64,000 nt of DNA from Atractiella rhizophila. Lineage: Eukaryota. The notes below the pieces were generated by a model, which saw nothing but the letters and a program-made list of their open reading frames with translations, had not been told where the DNA came from and did not search any database. Location of the stretch: positions 62,001 through 126,000 of the forward strand of contig MU271205.1 of assembly GCA_021432655.1 (NCBI GenBank), read 5' to 3'. The position numbers and the translations under genes were made by a program. How positions within the stretch are numbered: position 1 is the first letter of the stretch; every line of letters starts with the position of its first letter. This document shows positions 14,470-26,947 of this stretch, one piece after another.

Positions 14470-15576
14470 ATGGCACCTACAGAACTTACGAAATCTCTCG
14501 GAAAGCGGAAGCGGGCCGATTCAGGCGAATCCTCCTCTTCCGACGACGAAGCAGCAGCAGTTGCACCTCCCAAAGCTTCCAGCGCTTCGAAAACCGGGAC
14601 GACCATCTACAAGCAGAAAGTTCTGCTGCTATGCTCTCGGGGGGTCACATTCCACCACCGGCATCTCGTCTCGGACCTCTTCTCCCTCCTCCCGCATTCG
14701 AAGAAAGAGAGCAAGCTGTCGGACAAGCACTCGCTGCCCCAGATCAATGAACTCTGTTTCCTGAGCTCGTGCACTGTTGCTATGTTCTTTGAGAGTCGCA
14801 GACAGAACGATATGCTCTACCTTTGGACGGCGCTCGCACCTAATGGACCGAGCATTCGCTTTCAGGTGCTGAGCACTAATACGATGGAGGAGCTGAGGTT
14901 TGAAGGAAATTGCCTGAAAGGAGGAAGAGGGATCGTGCTCTTTGGACAAGAGTTTGAAAGCTCGGATATGTGGAAGACATGCAAAGAGATACTGGGACGG
15001 GTGAGCTTTTCTGTTTTGGTTCTGTATATCGGTGTTGAGGAAAGGGGCATGTGAAGGCTTTCGCAGTTCCCAAAACGTCAAGAAGAGTAAAACCCTTCAT
15101 CGATCGCATCATCAACTTCTCCATTCTAGACGGCAAGATCTGGTTCCGGCACTACCAGATCATCGAAGAGTCCTCTCCAGCTTTAAAAACGAAAAAGTCT
15201 AAAACTGCCGCGACTTCCGACCAAGCTGGAGGGGAGGTAGAGGAAGAGAAGGACGGTATGCGGCTCGTCGAGATTGGGCCCCGCTTTGTTCTCCTCCCAA
15301 TCAAGATCTTCGAAGGTAGTTTCTGTGGTGCTACCGTATATGAAAACCCCGGTTCGTCCTTCTCCACCTCTTTCTTAGGTTTTGCTAACGGCACGAGCAG
15401 AATTCGTCCCTCCCTCTCAGGTCGCGGCTGCAAAGCGTCTCGAGAAGGCAGACAAATATTTGAAGAGGAAAGGAAAGCAGATGGAGCGCACGGCGCGGGA
15501 GGCAGAGATTCAGGAGATGTTGGAAGAGGAGAGGGAGAACCAAGGGTTCATGGAGAAGAGGGCTGTCTTTGCTTAG
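14470..15576 (+). CDS. BRX1: Ribosome biogenesis protein Brx1 (Brix domain); 3 exons
   Basis: KQKVLLLCSRGVTFHHRHLVSDLFSLLPHSKKESK, APNGPSIRF, TMEELRFEGNCLKG, VKPFIDRI, KIWFRHYQI, and the Brix signature LVEIGPRFVLLPIKIFEGSFCGATVYENP. Confidence 0.96.
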
Positions 15577-15807
15577 CCACATGTGGTCGAATATATTCAG
15601 CTTTTCCTCTCACAATCGCTCTTCCGCTCCGTGCTACTGTCCTTCCGCTAAAGCGCTTGCAAACAAGGATAGAGCACAGCTTGACACAGCCACGTGACCC
15701 GGAGCGTCAAGCTCCTTCACGACTTCACGACGACCATATAAGACTTTACAGTATTTGCCTTGCTTGTCTCACTCCCAAGCTTTCACGACAATCTGGCATT
15801 CCGCAGA

Positions 15808-16437
15808 ATGGCATCCACCCTCCCCCCTAACCTCTCCGTGCTCCTTTCCCGGCCTGCCCCAAGCCTCGCTCCTCCCACGTCTGTTTATGACCCGGATTTG
15901 ACGGTGCAGATTGAAAAGGCCGGAAAGGGGAAGGGGAAAAATTGGAGAGCCGGTACGTCCCTCTTCTTCCCAGAATTTGAGAGTGCCACTGATGGAAGCT
16001 GAGACAGCGCTGCATCTGCTCAACGACGATATCAATGCTTGCCACGAACTGGTGCAGTCTCAAGAAGGGGTCAGTCGTTCCTCTCTCCGACTCCGTGGAG
16101 CAGTAGCTAAAGAGTAGATGTAGAATATGATCAGCGACTCGATGCACGCGATGCTTCACCGCCGTGAAGGTATGTGCATTCTCGATTCCTCAGATGCCTT
16201 AGTAATCTTACAAACCCATCGCCAGGAGAGTACTGGAACAGCAAATGGTGGCTTTCTCGAATCAACAACCCGGTCTTTAAATCTCTTCATGGTTCTTCCT
16301 CTGGAGCAAAGAGCTTCGTGGATCGAGTAGAACAAGCTGTCCTCAACAACCGGGGAGATAGCGAGGAGGAGCTGAAAGAACTCCAGTGGACGGAACTGAA
16401 GGAGGTTGCTGAGCAAGCATTCAATGAATCTCGATGA
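15808..16437 (+). CDS. Small conserved hypothetical protein; multi-exon
   Basis: Spliced exons give ...NWRA/ALHLLNDDINACHELVQSQEG/..SDSMHAMLHRREG/EYWNSKWWLSRINNPVF. This is a His-rich motif set I recall from uncharacterised fungal/bacterial proteins. Introns are GT-AG. Confidence 0.7.
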
Positions 16438-16547
16438 AGCCAAGGTTTGATAAAGGAGTGAATGCATTTCTTTCATACCTGGACCTTGAAGATGATGTAG
16501 CTTTCTTCACGATCACACTACCACATTTTAGATCCCATCACAACGCA

Positions 16548-18243
16548 TTAGTGATAAATAGTGAACGGGCGCGTCCTCGCGAACCCTACACGCACTTTCT
16601 CAGAATCCCAAACGGTGTAATAATGCTGCAGACCACTAAGCTGACATGGACAAGGACAAAACGATGCTAGTCAAACGCACCTTGAACAAGGAAGAACCGA
16701 TAATGGGAGGTAACTCGTATTGTCCTCCATCGATAGTAATGAACGCAGCATCATTGATAAAGGTTTGTAAATACCCTTCTTGACCCGTAGCGGGACCAAC
16801 GGTCAGCTCGCTGGAGGGGACGACGAGAACAGTGTCATTCCCTGATTCGTCCTTGAAGCTGAAAGACAGTTTGGAGAGTAAATTTTTAGCGTCCCCTTTC
16901 TTGATCATGTACGTTCCCAGTTCGGATGGATTGGGAACTATTTTCTTAGAAATAGAGGAGTATATGGCCTGGATAGCCTGTTTGAGTAAATTTTGCGTCT
17001 ATAAATCACTCACACGAGTGATATTCTTCGGCAAGTTCATGGTGGACGTGCCTGTACAGTAAGACGTCAACAACAACAGAAAGATCCCATAGAACGACTT
17101 ACCAGAATCAAAGATGATACTGAGTGGGACTTCAAAGCCTGGAACCGCTTTGCCTTCGTTCACCTTGAGAGATGTGGCATTGAGGATCCAATATCCGTCC
17201 GAATTATCAGCAGGGATGTAAGTAGGCTCTCCTCGAAACTTGCTGTAGTCGATGCCCCCAAGAGTCAGCTCTGCACCGCCGACACGCGCAGGCGTAAAGT
17301 AAAGTGAGAAGACAGCTGTGAAACAAAAATGAGCATAGATCCTGTCACGAATGAGGGATGCTGCTGGCGCACAGGGTAGACCTTGCTGCACTAGCTTTCC
17401 AAAAAACGAGCCAGGAGCAGAACCGAGGCCCAAGAGAGCTTCAATTGGTATATCTCGCCACAAAGGGGTCTCACTACCACCATTCTGTGAGCATCAGTCG
17501 ACGATAGACGCTCGATGCTTACTCCTCTATGAGCCAAAAGTCAACGTCATCCACAATAAAGTTTGCGAGTTGGACGCGGTCTGTTGCGCCACTCAGCGTC
17601 AAAGTCCAATCTGTAGTCTACAGGTTCTATCAGCTTGATAGAATCTCGCGCAGACGACATACTGTGTTCGTGATCTGTTGAACGGGGTGCACACCAACGC
17701 CGGTCGTGAAAGGCAAGACCATAGTATCATTGCTTCGCGCTCGAAATGTAGAGCTTTGCGACGCATTGAACCGTCGATGATTGGCACAAGATGCGCAGGA
17801 GGAACCTGCATTTCCAATAACCCAACCGTTGAAATGTATTAATGCTTGGCTTACTCGGAATTTCCAAGTCAAAGCTTCCACTTTAAGGAAAGTAAGCTTT
17901 TCCTGACCAGGAGGTCAAGAAAAGAACTCGCGTGTCGAAAACAACTGTGAAGGTTTGTGGTGGTGTTCCCACATGAATCTCGCCATACCACCTAGCCACA
18001 TACGGTAAGTTATGTATGCTCGCTCAAATCTGAAGCTCACTGAAGGTCAGTTCCATTGAAATAATCTCTGAGGCGGACACTACTAGCTTTCAATGGATTT
18101 GTCTCCAAATTTCGCCTTCCCGATCCAAGCTGTATCTTTCTTGAGGTGAGTTCCACAGTAAGCGGCTGTATCTTTTGCTTTGAAATAGCAAAAGGACGAG
18201 CCGCGAGTAATGCAATAAAGAAAAGGACGAGCGGAGGAATCAT
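16548..18243 (-). CDS. Secreted pepsin-like (A1) aspartic protease; multi-exon
   Basis: Signal peptide MIPPLVLFFIALLAA, DYFNGTDLQ/WYGEIHVGTPPQTFTVVFDT/GSFDLEIP (first catalytic Asp), VFSLYFTP..GAELTLGGIDYSKF, second site IIFDSG/TSTM, IIGSSLFK. Confidence 0.93.
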
Positions 18244-18688
18244 GATCTGGGGGTTGAATATTTGGGAGGCGACGACAAAAGTGAGTGTTATGTGAACGCC
18301 CCCTACTTATATCGTTCATAAGGAGGCCAAAGTGCAGCTAATTACATACCGGATTGGATGTGGGCGTAACGGGGAGAGCGGATGGAGCATCAGCAGAGGT
18401 GCAAGAGAAAAGGTAGCTGATACAATGTGGCTGTCCATGAACTCGAATAAAGCAACGCGCCAGATACAACCATAATGGCAGGCCAGAGCCGCGGATTCAC
18501 ACCCCCGCTCAGTGCGGCGGCGGCGGTGCCCCAACCAGGATAGAGTAGACTCGGAGTGGAAAAAACGGAATGGGAGTCAACGCTGCACTCTGCCAGGTCC
18601 TGAAATGATCCTGGGAAAGAGCAGTGCTTCAAGAAAGAATATGTGGAAGATTGAGCTCGGCGCGAAGTAAGGACAGGAGGAAACAGTC

Positions 18689-21058
18689 AGGAAAAACGCA
18701 TCAACAGTAAGCTTTCCTGTCATCAGCTTTTCTTGAGCGACCTGGAATGCCGTGGCAGGGGTGAATCTGTCGGATGTGATAAACAGTCCTTCGGCACATT
18801 GTAGTATGATTTTAATGGACGGGTTGAAAGCCAACCTGAACCGACAATCTACGTTGCAAAATAGAGCGATCTGTGGATAAAAAGCTGTACAACTACTGGC
18901 GCTTTTAGAATTACCTTCATGCGTAACGAGGAAGGAGAATAGAGGAGCAATGAGTGAAGTATAAGGGTGACTTTAATAGCACCCTCACTGTGAGTGGATA
19001 ACAGATGGATTCTCTCTTTGCACCAGAACTGATTGTCATCAATAGGAATACATGTTGGAACATGAACACAATGGAACAACGTTACTGAGCCTAGAATTCA
19101 TCTGGAAGAATTAGACCATGAGGAAGACATTGATCACCAAGCAGAGCAGAAGCGCTCAAAGCTGAAGGAATGGTGCGTTCCTTCTTTATATGTGTCTGCA
19201 ACCAGTTCACTAATTCATTATCCATTGCCTACGTATAGCTCATCAAATCAATGGACTCCAAAGCTGCTGGAGGTCCAAAAATACATCGTGAATCTGACAG
19301 CAGAAACCGTCAAAGGCGACCCAGATATCCTAGTTTCAAAGGAGCTACAAGTGCAATTAGCTTATTTGGTTCGTTCCCTCTTAACTCCTCCAACGTTCTC
19401 TCAAGTGACAAAATCATTGGTTAGCATGGAGGTTTGCGTGGTCAGTAGGGTCATGCTCTGAAGATCGTGGGAAAGAGTTTTGGAATGAAACTGCTAGCAA
19501 TTGCCAGACAGCTTGCTTGAAGAGAGAATCAAACTGGAGGCAGATTGACTTTATCTGGCCCAAGGAGCTTCATGAAACCCACTCACAACACGACAACCAA
19601 CGATGAGGCTTGGGTGCGCCTTTCCTCTTTCTTGTGTATGGCACTAGTTCGATAAGTGATGAAGAGAATGAAGTGATATGTGAACAATGTCGTATAGCCG
19701 GCTGCTTCAATGCGTGGCGTGCAGTGGGAATATAAGCAAATTATGCTACTCTTTTGCCAAAAACTGTATGATGTCTTTAGCGGTAGAACATGAATAAATC
19801 ATGCACGTTAGCAGAGATATATCAATGCTTTCCCTACCTACTTTGTGCATAGAGTGACAAAGGAACGAGAGGACCAATTATTGAAGACAATCGACGCATC
19901 GCAAATCTCACTAAAAGCAGGTTCTATCGCTGGCCCGTCTAGCCATTAGGTACAAACACAACTGATTAACATTTCACAAGGTTTCATACAAAAAATGGTG
20001 GTCGGAACAACGACGGTCGATAGGCGGCAATGTTGTCAATATCCCAAGATCCCTACAGACCGAAAATAATTTCTTGTCGTGGAAATTTTGGTAAAGACGC
20101 GCATTCACCACCAAACGTCGCAATTGGGGATGGAGTCCATGCAGCAGATCCTGAACCCAGCAATCCCACCATTCCGAGCTGACATTGAAGTCGGTCCGAA
20201 TTACTTCGATCGTTGATGTAATCTGAGGAATAAGCCCTGCCGAAAAGGTGGAACCACCACATCGTAGCTCTCGAAGCTGCTTAAAGCGTTGGACAGCGGT
20301 CGTTAAAATCGATCCAACTTCGTCTCCTCCCGTTTCGAAATGCTGGTATCGAAGAGCTCGAAGCGTAGGTGTTGTCGCCAGGAAGATGTCCGGTACAGAC
20401 TCGACAGGACAGTCCAAGCAGTGGAGAGCCAATGCCTGAAGACGGGGCGCATTGCGGAGGATGGCGAGCAGCTCGGAAACTCGTGTTGGACCAACTTTGC
20501 TGCGCGACAAGGCGAATGTACGCAAGTGAGGGAACGTTACAGGCTCTTTATCATGACTTTCGAACGCGGTCCATCCAGAAATCTTCAGATGTTGTAGACC
20601 GGTCAGAGGACGCAAGATATCCAGCGGGAACTGGATTGAAAGACGGGACGGTGAAGGCTTGAAATCAAAGGAGGTGAACGTTTTCATGGCGCCAAGAAGG
20701 TCGAAAACATTACGCAATGGTCCCATTGATTTACGTATGGTTGCGTCTGGCGGATCGAAGGAGAGGTGCTGAAGCATCGGACATTGCTTCAGAATACGGA
20801 TGAGCCGTTTCGGATCGACGTAAGGGCAGCGCAAGTCGAGAGATCTTATGAGAGGACCAATATGACTGTTCGCCTCGAGGCGAGCTCTAAAGGTCTCAAG
20901 CTGGTCCGATTCAAGATCGATGTTCTCGTGCATCAAAAGACGTGCGAGAGAGCACCAGGAACGTCGAACTAGTGACAGTTCCGCCAGTTCGATATGGGCG
21001 AACCTTGCGGTCGTGTACCCGGTATAGACAACCATCCGGAAAATTCGAAGGAGGAGCT
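18689..21058. repeat. Inverted duplication, left arm (template)
   Basis: Its reverse complement matches 30481-32823. The ORF track shows mirrored ORFs (19974-/30115+, 18849-/32455+, 20053-/31275+). Confidence 0.95.
19100..19600 (+). pseudogene. Degraded spliced gene fragment of unknown family (inverted copy at ~31940-32440)
   Basis: Two canonical-looking introns (gtgcgt..tag at ~19173, gttcgt..tag at ~19368) separate coding-like segments (EQKRSKLKEW/LIKSMDSKAA..VQKYIVNLTAETVKGDPDILVSKELQVQLAYL/HGGLRGQ). Frameshifts and stops are present. Confidence 0.4.
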
Positions 21059-21232
21059 CGCGAGGTAGCAGCGATAGAGACTGCGTATCGTTCTGGTATT
21101 CCCAACACTACCCGCAAGTCTTTGTTAGGGACCATTGAACATGTATAGAAAAGAACAAACCATATTCACGTCTTCCTCACTCTTCGCGGGCGAAGACCGC
21201 TCATACAAGCAATTATCATCGCTGGTGTCCAT
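19974..21232 (-). CDS. F-box / RNI-like LRR protein, copy 1 (one short 5' intron)
   Basis: F-box-like LSLLPRELLLRIFRMV..LAELSLVRRSW followed by LxxLxL repeats (LQHLSF, LQHLKIS, LRTFALS, LQALAL, LRELRC). ATG at 21232. Confidence 0.8.
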
Positions 21233-23431
21233 GTCGTCGACTTCGTTGGCAGTTCTGCCGCTATTGGTGGAGTAAGAGCTCTTCGTCTGTGTCCCATGAG
21301 TTGAATACTTGGGAAAAAGCGGGCGAAATACACTTCCAGCCTAAGGGGCGTGTCAGGTGACGAGGAATGCGTGAATAGCTGATCCGTGTTGCTTGAGGAG
21401 GGCTTTGTGTTTGTGCACATGCTACGATTGCCAACGGAATTAAACCTATGGAGAACGAGGGCCATGTGAGAACGGTGTCAAAGTGGAATATGAAAGGGAC
21501 TTGTACTGAGGAGGTTGATTGGCGAGCGCTGTGGAAAAGCATAAAGCTACATCCTGGGGTAATGTCTCAGCTCAAAGGTTTCAGTTGCACCTACAAGTCT
21601 CCACTCACCCGCTGGACCGCGGCAGCTGAAAACTGTTTACGAGCTGTTTCGTCGCGTAGAATGGTTGAATCATCGTGCAAATTGACGCGATATTTGTTTC
21701 AAAACAAGTCTGAAGTGGTAAATATCTCAATGAGCTATTACCACACCAAATCGCTTGCAAGGGATGACGCGCTGTACGAAGACAACAATACAGCGTTTCT
21801 AAAGCGTTGGTGCTGATGACATAATATTCCTGCACGCACTCTTACCGTCAATGATACCATGATGGCGGGATTCGGGAAGTACGTAAGGTTTGGTTGGCCG
21901 CTTTATCCTGCTCCTGAGTGCTTAGCTCAAGCAGGCTCAAGGAAAAAACACGACAGCCGACCTGACAGCAGCAACCAATACCAATAGTAGCCAAAGCGAC
22001 CTGTTGACCAAGAGAATGCTAGAAACAAAGCAAGCGATGGTGGAGTGGTTAAAGTGTACAATTGGGATTATTCTCCTCAGATAACCGGCACACTAGTCGT
22101 TGACGATGAACCTCTAAAGAACCCAAGGGGCTCCTCGCTCAAGCGCAAAATGTTGCTCCAGTCGAAGGGTTCGGTTTGGAATTGGTAAAAACCTTTTGAT
22201 TGTAGGAGAAAACTGATCGGCTCACCTGCCGCGCTAGCTCATTACATGTCCCTTCAAAACGCATTGTCATCCCTCAAGCCTCATCCCTTATTCCTGACGC
22301 AAGATCTCCCTCCCATTGAGATGTACTATCTAGAAATCTCAACGTTCGACTCGCCCTTCAAGTTTCAACCTTGGGGGCCTGGAATGGGCAGATAAGGGAA
22401 GGTCTCCCGGGTCAGATACGCCGCCGATGGGAGACTTAAACTGTCTAGATTCTTGTTATGATGTCTCCCGAAGTAAATACATATCAATATCTAAAATTTT
22501 GGCATGTGGCTTCGTCTACATGCCCCAGAATTTTGAGTAGTTAGCGAAATGGGAATTGAGACGACGAGCCTTCTATATGTCATGCAGAATTCATACTCAA
22601 AACTCTTTGTCGATGTGCATGCCACAACTCTCCATGGAAAATAAGTACGAGAAGAAGTGACTCCAAGTTTCTCCACCATATCTAAAACCAGATAGCTTTC
22701 CTTATTCAGATCGCGAAGGAGCCCGACAGTGCTCTCAGTCAAGCAGAATAAAGCTCAAATATTGTTAGTACTCAATCCACGATATCGATGATATTAATGT
22801 CATCAGCGACGACGAGCAGTATCATGTGAGCTATTTAGAGGCTGCGTGAGAGTACTGGTACTGACAGACAATCTGCCAAGCTACTCCTCCAAAACTACTT
22901 CCAGTAGTTCATTCTGTCCTGTAGGGCTCTCATAGCTGATTACTGCACTGATGTTCGATCTTCGGTAGCAATAAACAGTGACGCTTTCGAGATCATATAC
23001 AGGATTAAGAACTAATGCATTACCCAGTTCCTTAGTAGCGATGGACGAAAGATAAATAATCAACCTATGCGAACTTATACAAGAATGCATCAATGCATCA
23101 CTCCTAAGTTCCTTTTAATTTCACGACCATGAAACATGAGAGGAAGGCTGTGAGGATCCAAGAATGAAATGACGAATGAAAGAGTTATAATTATGCACAT
23201 TCGGTTGGCATTTTCCATCCTTCAGTTGAAGGACGACCTCGATGCCTGCGCTCGGATATCATCTGCTCAACGAGATGTGAACGGATCAATCGACGCGCAA
23301 ACGGTCCATCCATCCCCACCACCGGCTCCCGGCGACACGTCGATACAGCAACTCGAGGGAGGACTGTATGAGTAGTACGCCAGAAGGATTCTGCGCACCA
23401 ATTCGACGAAGGATAGTCAGCAATCCGCAAT

Positions 23432-25211
23432 ATCAATGAATCAATGTGTGAGTTGGGTTAATCCCGCCGCAGGTTCGCGGCGACGAAATCCGACGCGTTC
23501 CTTCCACTCCCGCAGCTTTCGCCGAGTTTATAAGGAGTTCATTCCCTCTCTCAGGAACATAACTGCGGCTGCAACGTCCACGAATAGAAGGAAGAAAGAC
23601 TCACAAATCTCTCCTCTACCCGCTCTCCTTGTCCCCACTCAGCATCCTGTTTGACCTTCCTAAATACGCCTTCGTAACCCTCGATCATGCCACCAACATC
23701 CAAGCATTGCACCCCACCTCCGTCCATCCACATTTTTCTCAAATCCTCACAAACGGCTTTCTCCGCCTCTCTCATCTGGTGACTTCTTACACCCACACTC
23801 CACGCTTCGTCCTGTTCCTTCTCAGTCGCCCCTTGCGCGATGGGCAGAGGTGATTGATGGCGAGGCGTTAGGAGAAGTGAGAGGGTTGAAGAGGGAAAGG
23901 CACGCTGGAGGCTATGGAGTGTGGATTTCAAAGCGAGGGTGTAAGATAAGAGGTGATCGGGAGAGAGTGACATGGGATGTCCCAAATACTGATTCGGGTC
24001 AGGCAAGCGATCGACGAGTTCCCATCCTTCCTCTCCTCCCTCTCCTCCCTCTCCCTCCTCCTCTTCCGAAGAAGAAGAATTCCACATCCTCCTTACACCT
24101 TCCTCCTCCCAAACCAATTCCAACAGCGGCGGTGGCAGCCTCGCGTCCTGCAACAGATCCAAGTCTTCTTCTGAAGCGGAGAGGACGATTACGTCCGGTG
24201 TGGTTTTCCGATACTCTTTCCCCAACACGCGGCGTACGAAAGGTCGTATGCGACGATGGAGATCCTCTTCTATTCCGGGGAGGAGTGGAGATGGGGGCGC
24301 GAGTAGGGGGATGGGAAGAGGGAGGGAGAGTAGGCGGAGTTTGGAGTGGGGAAGCTCGCAGACTGTCATCTCTTCTCCATCCTCTCCTGATGAAGATACA
24401 GAGGACGAGTGGGAGGAGAGCGGAATAGTGCGTACAGGCGCGTGGAAGTAAGAGCAGAGAGTACGAAGGTGGAGAGAGACCGTGGGAGTTGAGAGGTAGA
24501 GGATTGTTCGGATGCGTAGAGGGGAGAGATTGTGTGGCGATAAGACGCTAGATTCAGGGAGTGGAGGAGAATAAAGGGCTTCTTCTCCCATCCCGTCAGG
24601 CCATATCCACCCTTCACTTTCCATTCCGTCTCCTTCCTCTTCCCCTTCTCGAATGATTGAGCCTCGTACCCAACCTAAAGATTCCCTCACTCGCTCCTCC
24701 GAAAAGATCCCATCCACTTCCTCTCCGAGCGAACCAACCATCTCTTCCATCTCTACACTCACACCCTCTACATCTTCCGGTCCGCCTTCCCAATCCCAAC
24801 CCTTTGTACGCTGAATTCCAGACTGCGAACGCCAATCGAGGTAGAGGGAGAGGAGGAGATTTGGATTCGCTTTTGCTTCAGGTAACGAATCTGAATCCGA
24901 GAAGGCTGCTTGGGAGAAGAACAAGGGAGAGTAATGCGTTTTGAAGGGATGTGAAAGGTTGAGAAGCAGTAAGCCAGGAGAAAGAATGTCATTCCTGGGT
25001 GTAGTACATCGTACGCTGGATGCTTCGAGGCTGTTCATGTAGCAATCAATCCACATTCAAAACCTGTTACCCCAAGCTGCTAAAATGAGGATGGGAAAAC
25101 ATACGAAGGTCCTGAGGGAAGCGTATAGAAGCCAACGATGACTGCAACGACGAGGGAGATGACGAGTCGCCGAGTGAGGGTGAGATGTCGCAGGTGGTGA
25201 TAAAGGTCCAT
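23432..25211 (-). CDS. Type II membrane protein, degenerate SGNH/PC-esterase (Cap64-like) paralog A
   Basis: N-terminal TM (RRLVISLVVAVIVGFYTL) and a ~500-codon open exon. It shares motifs with 35718-37188 (LNLSHPF, RTILYLSTPTVSLHLRTLCSYF, PDVIVLS, YLGHPMSL, WSVGVRSHQMR, CLDVGGMIEGY). The 3' end is approximate and the family is inferred. Confidence 0.7.
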
Positions 25212-26947
25212 CTCCTCCAACTACGCTAGTTCCTCACCAAATCCCAAGGGGAATCCTTCGACCAAAGCAGCCCAAAGGGACTCGTAGCCTAAAATGCAAG
25301 CTAGACACAAGGAAGGCGTTGCTGAGGTGGTCGAATTGGAATTCTTCTTCAGCCCCGATCACCGGAAACTTGAAGAGCAAGACGACCATCAATAATTTCG
25401 TTCTGTTCTCTCATGTACACATATTACGATGGCGCCAGCTATTTCCAGTCCCAACGACGCCTTCGGGTTATATTTCGAATGTGGGATCACGAAAGGGAGT
25501 CACATTGTAGCAGGACAGTTATTGTTTAAGGGAAGTCGGTGTGACTCTCCACCAATACGATAGTTAGCCTCTTATCCGTGTCATTTATATTGTTCGGAGA
25601 GAGGAAAGAGGCTCAGGAGTCCGTGTGAAACGTTGCGCGTTACAACTACAAGTAATAAGTGGCGCTCAAGTTGAAGGTTTGATCCTACATAAGCTTCATC
25701 ATTCATGAGCTCATTGTTCAGTCGTCCATCTTGAGGTGAAGCAGTAACGACTGTCATACGTATATTGATTTTATACCTCCAGACGAATTCAGAATCAGGA
25801 TGTGCATCAGGAGGCTCAATATCTCAAGCCCCATTGGATGTGTTTAGAGAGCTATAGTCCGCTTGAGGACAGGTTACCATTGATTTTTGACCGCGCTCAT
25901 GTGTTCTTGCGGTAGCCACGATCAAAATGGAGCCCGATTTTCAGCTCCATGAGATGGATGGTAGGAAATCGTTGATATAGACCGAGAAAGCTCTGATGGA
26001 AACAGTTTTGATTTTTGATCTTTCCTTTGCAAAGGAGGAGCTCGATTCAATTATGTATGTACAGGCCAGTGCCAATGATCATTTTACTACTAGGCTGTCC
26101 CAATACGTGACATAAGTCTTGAACTTTGCGCATTTGGTTCATTTGATGTCTGCTAACCGACTTGTGCGGCCCATGGGCGAACTCTTTCTGTTTTCAGTTC
26201 ACGATAGTCTTCCCAGATCTCTGCTCACGAGCAGCTGCTTTTCTGCTTATGCAGGAGCATAGTCACTTATTCAGCGCCTAATCACGTCACTTCTTTAGAG
26301 TTCTCCGCTCTCCGCACCTCTTTACCTCATCATTACATTCTTGTTTGTCTCGGAGGTTAGTTAACACTGTTAATGATCCATGATTCCACTTGAAATGGTC
26401 ATTAGCACCTTATCTATTTCATTATCATTGTGAAGTCATGCATCTAGACTTTAAACAGTAACAATCCCCTCTATCTTTACGTGCAATATTACCTGCAGTG
26501 ATATTTCGGTTTACATTTGGCAACGAAGCACGAATTTCATCGTTACCGCTTTGGCATTTGGGAGCGAGTCAGTCGACTTCGAAAAGTACTGAAGCATGTC
26601 ATTCGTCTCACGATTAAGAAGTTGCTCGATGCAAGCACAGGATCTCTCCACATCCTCCTCATTTCCCAGCTCCCACAACACGATTAATTTGCACCCCAAT
26701 TTCTACGCGAAAATGCATTTCTTTCTCCGTCGAAACCTCCCTCAGAAATCGCGTCGGTGGCAAGTGCAGCAGCGTGGGAAATTTGGAGAATAACAGGTTT
26801 CACTCGCACTCGCCTCAATAGAGCTTCTCCAACTAGAACCAACATAGTGCCAGCCATGGGAAAGGAGAAGGAACGGCGAAATCCTACAAATATGCCCCAG
26901 CTCGATTCCATCGTGAAATCCCCTTCTCCAATTTGCCACCTCTCAGG

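Noticed and set aside
21448..21816. Possible non-LTR retrotransposon fragment (EEVDWRALWKSIK)
   Set aside because: No RT, zinc-finger or endonuclease motifs nearby; the resemblance is too weak.
21900..23150. Decayed coding-like sequence or viral remnant
   Set aside because: Only short stop-interrupted frames with no recognisable motif.
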